A stretch of DNA of 64,000 bases from Eubacterium sp. GTDB lineage: Bacteria; Bacillota; Clostridia; Lachnospirales; Lachnospiraceae. The stretch covers positions 29,845 to 93,844 of the forward strand of contig JAFVAQ010000035.1 of assembly GCA_017480495.1 (NCBI GenBank). Reading direction: 5' to 3'. Below the pieces are notes generated by a model. It was not told where the DNA came from, ran no database searches, and saw nothing but the letters and a program-made list of their open reading frames with translations. Of this stretch, positions 58,067-64,000 are shown one piece after another (position 1 is the first letter of the stretch; every line of letters starts with the position of its first letter). The position numbers and the translations under genes were made by a program.

Positions 58067-58651
58067 CTAGTTAACGCTATTATATCCAGCCTCAAATCCA
58101 GCAAGGTTAATATCTATAGTCTTTGGTGGAACCTTAGATTTGATAACCTCAACCCACTGCTCCTTTGAGTAGTTCATGTGGCGAGCTGCCATACCAAGGA
58201 CAACTGTATTAAATACTCTTGTATTTCCAAGTTCCTCAGCCTTTGCCATAGCATCGATTGAGAATACTCTGTACTTCTCGCGAAGGTTCTCAAGGATATT
58301 TTCCGGATACTCTGCAGCACCTGTGATAACAGGCATTGGATCGATTCTCTGATCATTTACTATAAGAGCTCCGTCCTTCTTAAGGAAATGTGCATATCTG
58401 AGTGCCTCGAGTCTCTCAAAGGCGATCAGAACATCTGCACATCCCTCCTCAACGATAGGCTCAGTAACAACCTCGCCCTCTGTAGCATATCTTACATATG
58501 TAACAACGGAACCACCACGTTGAGCCATTCCGTGTACTTCTGATAATTTAACATCATAGCCTGCTGTTTCAGCAAGTCCACCAAGTATACGGCTTGTGAG
58601 CAGTGTACCCTGTCCACCTACGCCGACAATCATAATATTCGTAACTGACAT
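58067..58651 (-). CDS. iorB: Indolepyruvate oxidoreductase beta subunit
   Basis: GVGGQG, SEVHGMAQRGGSV. Confidence 0.92.
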   Translation of the reverse strand: MSVTNIMIVGVGGQGTLLTSRILGGLAETAGYDVKLSEVHGMAQRGGSVVTYVRYATEGEVVTEPIVEEGCADVLIAFERLEALRYAHFLKKDGALIVNDQRIDPMPVITGAAEYPENILENLREKYRVFSIDAMAKAEELGNTRVFNTVVLGMAARHMNYSKEQWVEVIKSKVPPKTIDINLAGFEAGYNSVN

Positions 58652-58674
58652 AATTTTCTCCTATTATCTGAATG

Positions 58675-58784
58675 AATAGTGTGCAAATAGGGACGGTTCT
58701 CTTTTGCACACTTCTATATTTTAATTAATATATTTATTCCTTCTAAAGTGTGCAAAAGAGAACCGTCCCTATTTGCACACTATT
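58675..58784. repeat. REP-like inverted pair between iorA and iorB
   Basis: 39-bp perfect inverted repeats at 58675-58713 and 58746-58784 containing GGGACGGTTCT. Confidence 0.9.
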
Positions 58785-58796
58785 TACTCACCAGTT

Positions 58797-60578
58797 CTAT
58801 CTAAGCTGGATAGCATCGAATGGGCAGAGCTGCTGGCAGAGGCCGCAACCGTTGCACATTGTTTCATCTATTACAGAGAAGCCTGTCTCTTTATCTTTCT
58901 TGATAGCTGGGCAACCTGGCACGAGGCACTGTCCGCACTTCATACATTTCTCAGTATCAACGAAGCACTTACCCTTTGGCTGATATGTCTTCAGCAGTGC
59001 ACATGGTGACTGGGAAATGATTACAGAGAGCTCATCTCTAGCAACTTCTTCCTTGATTGTCTCCTCAAGCTTCTTAAGGTCAAATGCATCTACAACCTTT
59101 ACGTTCTTGATGCCCATTCCCTCGCAAAGCTTAACAAGGTCGATAGCAAGTGTCTCCTCGCCATTCAGCATCTTACCTGTAGCAGGATGATTCTGGTGAC
59201 CTGTCATACCTGTTGTTGAGTTATCAAGAATAATAACTGTTCCAGTCGCCTGATTATAAACCATGTTCATGAGTGAGTTCACACCTGTGTGAAGGAAGGT
59301 TGAATCTCCGATAACTGCAACCCAGTTCTTAACCCAATCCTTTCCTTTACCCTTCTCCATACCATGGAGCATAGAAATGGAACCGCCCATGCAAAGAGTT
59401 GTATCAACTACTGAAAGTGGAGCAGCCACACCAAGTGTGTAACATCCGATATCACCACTAGCATGAATCTTCAGCTTCTTCAGTACGCTATATGTAGCTC
59501 TGTGAGGGCATCCCGGACAAAGGATAGGTGGACGTACAGGAACCTGTGCAGGATCTGCAAGGTCCAGCTCCTCGCCAAGAATCTTCTCACGAAGCATATT
59601 TGCACTATATTCTCCATCAAGTGGAAATGTATCTTTGCCGACACAATCGATTCCCCAAGAACGAACCTGCTCCTCGATAACTGGCTCAAGCTCCTCGATG
59701 ATGTAAAGAACATCAACCTTAGAAGCGAACTCCTCGATAAGCTTCTTAGGAAGTGGAGTTACCATACCAAGCTTCAGCACGCTAGCCTCTGGGAATACTT
59801 CCATAACATACTGATATGGAATACCACTTGTAATGAAACCAATCTTCTTAGCTTCCTTACCGTTCTCAGTTACTACTTCATATGTATTATCTGTATATTT
59901 AACCTTGTTGATTCCGTCGAACTTAGAAGTTGCTCCGTCCTCAGCAAGCTTTCTGTCACGCTCAATAACGAACTTATGACGCTTCATAGCATTTGCAGGA
60001 ACCATTACGTTCTTTGCTGGGTCTCTAACGTATTCCTTGTCATCTACCTCAACTCTATCCTCAAGATTTACAACACCCTGTGAATGAGCTATACGAGTTG
60101 TAGTTCTAAGGATAACTGGAGTATCATACTCCTCTGATATCTCAAATGCCTTCTTAGTGAACACTCTAGCCTCTTCTGAATCAGATGGCTCAAGTACAGG
60201 TACGTGAGAAGAAATAGCTATTCTTCTTGTGTCCTGTTCGTTCTGTGAGCTGTAAAGTCCTGGATCATCTGCTACAAGATATACAAGACCTCCCTTTGCT
60301 CCGATATAAGAAGCTGTGTAAAGTGGATCAGAGGCAACATTGAGACCAACGCACTTCATAGCACACATAGCTCTAACTCCAGCTATAGATGCACCCATGG
60401 CAACCTCTGCTGCAACCTTCTCATTTGGAGCCCACTCAGCATATACTCCTTCGTACTTAACCAGATTCTCACTCATCTCTGTACTTGGGGTTCCAGGATA
60501 AGCTGATGAAACCTTAACTCCTGCCTCCCAGGCACCACGAGCAATGGCTTCATTTCCTAACATAATCTTCTTTTCCAA
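58797..60578 (-). CDS. iorA: Indolepyruvate ferredoxin oxidoreductase alpha subunit
   Basis: GNEAIARG, YPGTPS, LCPGCPHR, GDSTF, two C-terminal ferredoxin motifs; TTG start. Confidence 0.95.
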   Translation of the reverse strand: MEKKIMLGNEAIARGAWEAGVKVSSAYPGTPSTEMSENLVKYEGVYAEWAPNEKVAAEVAMGASIAGVRAMCAMKCVGLNVASDPLYTASYIGAKGGLVYLVADDPGLYSSQNEQDTRRIAISSHVPVLEPSDSEEARVFTKKAFEISEEYDTPVILRTTTRIAHSQGVVNLEDRVEVDDKEYVRDPAKNVMVPANAMKRHKFVIERDRKLAEDGATSKFDGINKVKYTDNTYEVVTENGKEAKKIGFITSGIPYQYVMEVFPEASVLKLGMVTPLPKKLIEEFASKVDVLYIIEELEPVIEEQVRSWGIDCVGKDTFPLDGEYSANMLREKILGEELDLADPAQVPVRPPILCPGCPHRATYSVLKKLKIHASGDIGCYTLGVAAPLSVVDTTLCMGGSISMLHGMEKGKGKDWVKNWVAVIGDSTFLHTGVNSLMNMVYNQATGTVIILDNSTTGMTGHQNHPATGKMLNGEETLAIDLVKLCEGMGIKNVKVVDAFDLKKLEETIKEEVARDELSVIISQSPCALLKTYQPKGKCFVDTEKCMKCGQCLVPGCPAIKKDKETGFSVIDETMCNGCGLCQQLCPFDAIQLR

Positions 60579-60659
60579 CGCTTAAACTCCTTCTTTATAT
60601 AGATTTATTCATTTCAAAAAACAACTTTGTACATTATATTGCATTTTTGCCCAAAAAAC

Positions 60660-60690
60660 AAGAAAGACAGTAGGATTTCTCCCACTGTCT
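60660..60690 (-). terminator. Hairpin/terminator after response regulator
   Basis: AGACAGT...ACTGTCT stem with T-rich tail on minus strand. Confidence 0.55.
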
Positions 60691-60717
60691 CACTATTTTC
60701 TGCATATAGCTTCCACT

Positions 60718-61407
60718 CTAATCCTGGAAGAAGTATCCAACTCCCCACTTAGTATGAATATACTCTGGATCTGCTGGCTTAGTCTCGATCTTCTCTCTAA
60801 GTCTTCTAACGTGAACATCAACTGTTCTAGCATCTCCTGGATAAGTTGAACCCCAGATCTCATTTAGCAGTTCATCTCTTGAATAAACCTTATTAGGATT
60901 TGATACAAGCAGAAGCACGAGATCGAACTCCTTAGCTGTAAGGCTCACCTCGTGACCCTTGATAAATACGCGTCTAGAATCAGTCTCTATCTTCAGTCCC
61001 TTCTTCTCGATAACATTTGAAGAAGAAACGCTTATATCATCACCCTTGCTATTTCTACGAAGGATAGCCTTGATACGAGCTTTAACCTCAAGTATATTGA
61101 AAGGCTTAGTTATATAATCATCCGCTCCATACTCGAGTCCCATGATCTTATCCATGTCATCGCCCTTTGCGGTGAGCATTATGATAGGAACCTCTGAGAA
61201 CTCTCTTATCATCTGGCAAACCTCAAGTCCTGAAAACTTAGGAAGCATGATATCCAGCAAAATGATATCATAGCTGTTTGCTCTCGCTTTCTCTACAGCT
61301 TCCTCGCCATCGAAGGCTGTATCAACCTCCATGTCGTCCTGCTCGAGCGAAAACTTAAGTCCCTTTACTATTAGCTTCTCATCGTCGACTACTAATACCT
61401 TCTTCAT
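60718..61407 (-). CDS. OmpR/WalR-like response regulator (no adjacent kinase)
   Basis: LDIMLP, GADDYITKPF, RTVDVHVRRLREKIE. Confidence 0.95.
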   Translation of the reverse strand: MKKVLVVDDEKLIVKGLKFSLEQDDMEVDTAFDGEEAVEKARANSYDIILLDIMLPKFSGLEVCQMIREFSEVPIIMLTAKGDDMDKIMGLEYGADDYITKPFNILEVKARIKAILRRNSKGDDISVSSSNVIEKKGLKIETDSRRVFIKGHEVSLTAKEFDLVLLLVSNPNKVYSRDELLNEIWGSTYPGDARTVDVHVRRLREKIETKPADPEYIHTKWGVGYFFQD

Positions 61408-61416
61408 ACTCTCTCC

Positions 61417-62295
61417 TTATTCAACCTTTATACGACTGCTTATTCTGGAAAATGTACCTTCACCTATTCCACTAACATTTTTAATATCTTCTACGCTCCC
61501 AAAGGCTCCATGTTCATCTCTATAAGCGATGATTTCCGTCGCCTTCGTTTCTCCTATACCAGGAAGTGTTTGAAGCGTCGCAGCATCTGCTGTATTGATA
61601 TTCACTATACCATCCTCAGATGACTTAGAAGCTGTCTCAGTTCCTTCCTCTGAAGCGCCTTTTGAAGCTCCCTTACTCGCAGATGCATCCTGATCTATAA
61701 GAATATTCAGATCATCGATTTCTATTTTATTAGGAATATATATCCGTTCGCCATCATTTAGCTTTTCTGCCAGATTAACATATCCCTTGAGAGCCTCGTC
61801 CGAATATCCGCCTGCCATTCTAAGAGCATCACTAACTCGTGAATCTGGCGGAAGCTCGTACACTCCCTCATTTACTACCGCTCCACAAACGTAGACGCAG
61901 AGCTTGTCTGGGGCGGAAGAACCCTTGCCATCCATAGATGAGTCTTCATCACCGGAAGTCGATTCATTCCCTCCATCCGAAGAATTAACTCCTAGATTAT
62001 CATCAGAAACACCAGACAACTTACTATCTCCCGAATTCTCGGTTTCATTCTCTCCATTGTCTATAGAAGATGACACTTTCCCATCTCCTGCATTAGTTCC
62101 GTCCGACTTCCCATCCGCCGACTCCGCGGAAACTTCCTTCTTAGTAGTGATCTTCAGATCACCATCATCCTTTTTTCTATCACCCAAAAACATAAATACA
62201 CATATAATCATAGTTACTGCAAGCAGCAGCAGCCTGAATATATTTCCCTTCACCTTACGCTTCAGGTGATTTAAAACCCTATTTAAATCTTGCAT
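61417..62295 (-). CDS. comEA: ComEA DNA-binding competence protein
   Basis: TM, S/G-rich linker, SLBB (VYVCGAV), HhH VNINTAD...LPGIGE. Confidence 0.9.
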   Translation of the reverse strand: MQDLNRVLNHLKRKVKGNIFRLLLLAVTMIICVFMFLGDRKKDDGDLKITTKKEVSAESADGKSDGTNAGDGKVSSSIDNGENETENSGDSKLSGVSDDNLGVNSSDGGNESTSGDEDSSMDGKGSSAPDKLCVYVCGAVVNEGVYELPPDSRVSDALRMAGGYSDEALKGYVNLAEKLNDGERIYIPNKIEIDDLNILIDQDASASKGASKGASEEGTETASKSSEDGIVNINTADAATLQTLPGIGETKATEIIAYRDEHGAFGSVEDIKNVSGIGEGTFSRISSRIKVE

Positions 62296-62417
62296 TTACA
62301 CCAGTCCTTTCTATTTCAAATAGACCAGTATATATGCAACAACGAACAATTATCTATTTATTTTAACACATCTACTTACATATTGTAATGTGTTTCCCAC
62401 TTTATAAGTGAAGTTTT

Positions 62418-63329
62418 CTAGTCCTCATCCTTCAGGATAGCAGTTCCGATACCCTTATCTGTATAGAACTCCAGTAGGAGGCAATGCTCCAGTCTTCCGT
62501 CCAGGATATGGACTCTTGAAACACCATTCTTCATAGCATCTATACAGTTCTGAAGCTTTGGAAGCATTCCGCCACCAACTACTCCGTCATCCAGCAGCGC
62601 CTGAGCTTCACTTACAGTCATTGTAGATATAAGTGTTTTCTTATCACTTGGATCAACGAAGACGCCTTCGATATCTGTCAGGAATACAAGCTTCTCAGCT
62701 TGAATAGCTGTAGCAACTGCACATGCGCAGTCATCTGCATTTATGTTGTAATCATGATCATCCTCTATGCCCATTCCGATAGGTGCAACAACAGGAATAA
62801 AATCAGCATCAAGAAGTGAATCGATTACTGAGCTATCTGTCGCAACAACCTCTCCAACGTATCCGATATCCTTTCCATCGGACAACTTCTTCTGAACCTT
62901 CAGCAGTCCAGCATCCTTACCACTGATACCCACTGCATTCAGTCCAACCTTGGACATCAGACCAACAAGGCTTCTATTAACATTATTAAGAACCATTTCA
63001 GCAACTTCTAGTGTTGGCTCATCTGTTACTCTGAGACCATTCTGGAAATGTGTCTCCATTCCAAGCTTTCCAATCCACTTGCTTATCTCCTTACCGCCAC
63101 CATGTACAATGATAGGCTTAAGACCAACAAGCTTAAGAAGGGCAACGTCCTGAATAACATTGAACTTCAGATTCTCATCAAGCATAGCTGAGCCGCCATA
63201 CTTAACTACGATCTTCTTTCCACTAAACTTCTTGATATAAGGAAGAGCTTCGATAAGCGTCTGTGCTTTCCTCTTAATCTCTTCAATATCATCGTTCTTA
63301 ATCATTTTGATATCCTCTCTACAAATCAT
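62418..63329 (-). CDS. argB: Acetylglutamate kinase
   Basis: VKYGGS, VHGGG, NINAD, GGMLPK. Confidence 0.95.
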   Translation of the reverse strand: MICREDIKMIKNDDIEEIKRKAQTLIEALPYIKKFSGKKIVVKYGGSAMLDENLKFNVIQDVALLKLVGLKPIIVHGGGKEISKWIGKLGMETHFQNGLRVTDEPTLEVAEMVLNNVNRSLVGLMSKVGLNAVGISGKDAGLLKVQKKLSDGKDIGYVGEVVATDSSVIDSLLDADFIPVVAPIGMGIEDDHDYNINADDCACAVATAIQAEKLVFLTDIEGVFVDPSDKKTLISTMTVSEAQALLDDGVVGGGMLPKLQNCIDAMKNGVSRVHILDGRLEHCLLLEFYTDKGIGTAILKDED

Positions 63330-63376
63330 AATTATTCCCCGTAACCCGCTGCTTATTAATATATAACACTGCTCGC

Positions 63377-64000
63377 TTAGCTCCTATAATCAGCATTAAT
63401 TGTAACATATTCATGGGTGAGGTCACAACCCCACGCAATCGCTTCGTATTCTCCATCATGAATGTCACAGAGAGCTGTTATTTCATCTGGAGATAGTATT
63501 CTAAGAGCCTCTTCCTCAGAGAATTCAGGAAGTCTTCCCTGATCTATCAGTTTGATGCTGCCATCCTGGCTCATCATTGTTATATCTGTCTTGTTTGGAT
63601 CAAACTTCGCGCCAGAATAACCCATAGCACAGAAGATTCTTCCGCAGTTTGCGTCTCTTCCGTAAATGGCTGCCTTAGAAAGGTTTGAAGTAATAATAGA
63701 CTTCGCAAGTGTCTTAGCGGTCTGATAATCAGGTGCTCCAACAACCTTCGCGATGAAGAGTCTTGTTGCGCCCTCGCCGTCTGAAGCCATTGTTCTAGCA
63801 AGGAACTCAAGTATAGTATATAGACCTTCTATCAGCTCAGCGAAATCCTTTCTCTTAGCAAGAACAGCGTCACTCACCTTCTCACTCACAAGTTTCTTAG
63901 CAAGCTCTCTGATATCCTCGTCGCCAGTTTCATCGATCATGCTAAGATCAATATCCATAGACTCAGAGGTCAGAGTCTCATTTCCTGCGAGGCCATTTGC
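63377..64000 (-). CDS. argJ: ArgJ ornithine acetyltransferase, 3' part (truncated by window edge)
   Basis: [37 protein letters not shown]. Confidence 0.92.
   Translation of the reverse strand, partial: ANGLAGNETLTSESMDIDLSMIDETGDEDIRELAKKLVSEKVSDAVLAKRKDFAELIEGLYTILEFLARTMASDGEGATRLFIAKVVGAPDYQTAKTLAKSIITSNLSKAAIYGRDANCGRIFCAMGYSGAKFDPNKTDITMMSQDGSIKLIDQGRLPEFSEEEALRILSPDEITALCDIHDGEYEAIAWGCDLTHEYVTINADYRS

Noticed and set aside
145-63153. Many plus-strand ORFs in the track (e.g. 9378-10070, 53225-54079, 59463-60083)
   Set aside because: They are antisense shadows of well-supported minus-strand genes and show no recognisable motifs

Overview
Low-GC Firmicute chromosome segment, Lachnospiraceae-like judging by gene content. 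Every credible gene is on the minus strand. The backbone carries argJ/argB, comEA, iorAB, OmpR-family two-component genes, acyl-CoA ligases, a NatAB-like ABC pair, GH25 and GH13 hydrolases, pgi, RNA methyltransferases, rdgB, a reverse-transsulfuration pair (mccAB-like), a Na/Pi transporter and a MoxR-DUF58-VWA-VWA-TPR operon. Two accessory zones stand out. (1) About 18-23.8 kb, downstream of rlmD, has two RhuM genes, an XRE gene with a degraded copy, and a displaced rlmD-like 3' end, consistent with a decayed integration hotspot. (2) About 34.5-47.3 kb has a McrBC system with a tandem-GTPase McrB, a stand-alone ClpP with a Ser-His-Asn triad flanked by two proteins with degenerate sigma70 region-4 folds, and a multi-domain SpoVK/CbxX-like AAA+ ATPase ending in IGF. 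The AAA+ gene and the ClpP operon share a homologous promoter/leader, so they may form an undescribed protease system. Also found by reading the DNA: an unannotated Cys-rich leader-peptide attenuator upstream of the cysteine genes, a REP-like repeat family with a constant core and covarying arms, and a candidate sRNA. Family assignments come from motif recognition only; no searches were run.
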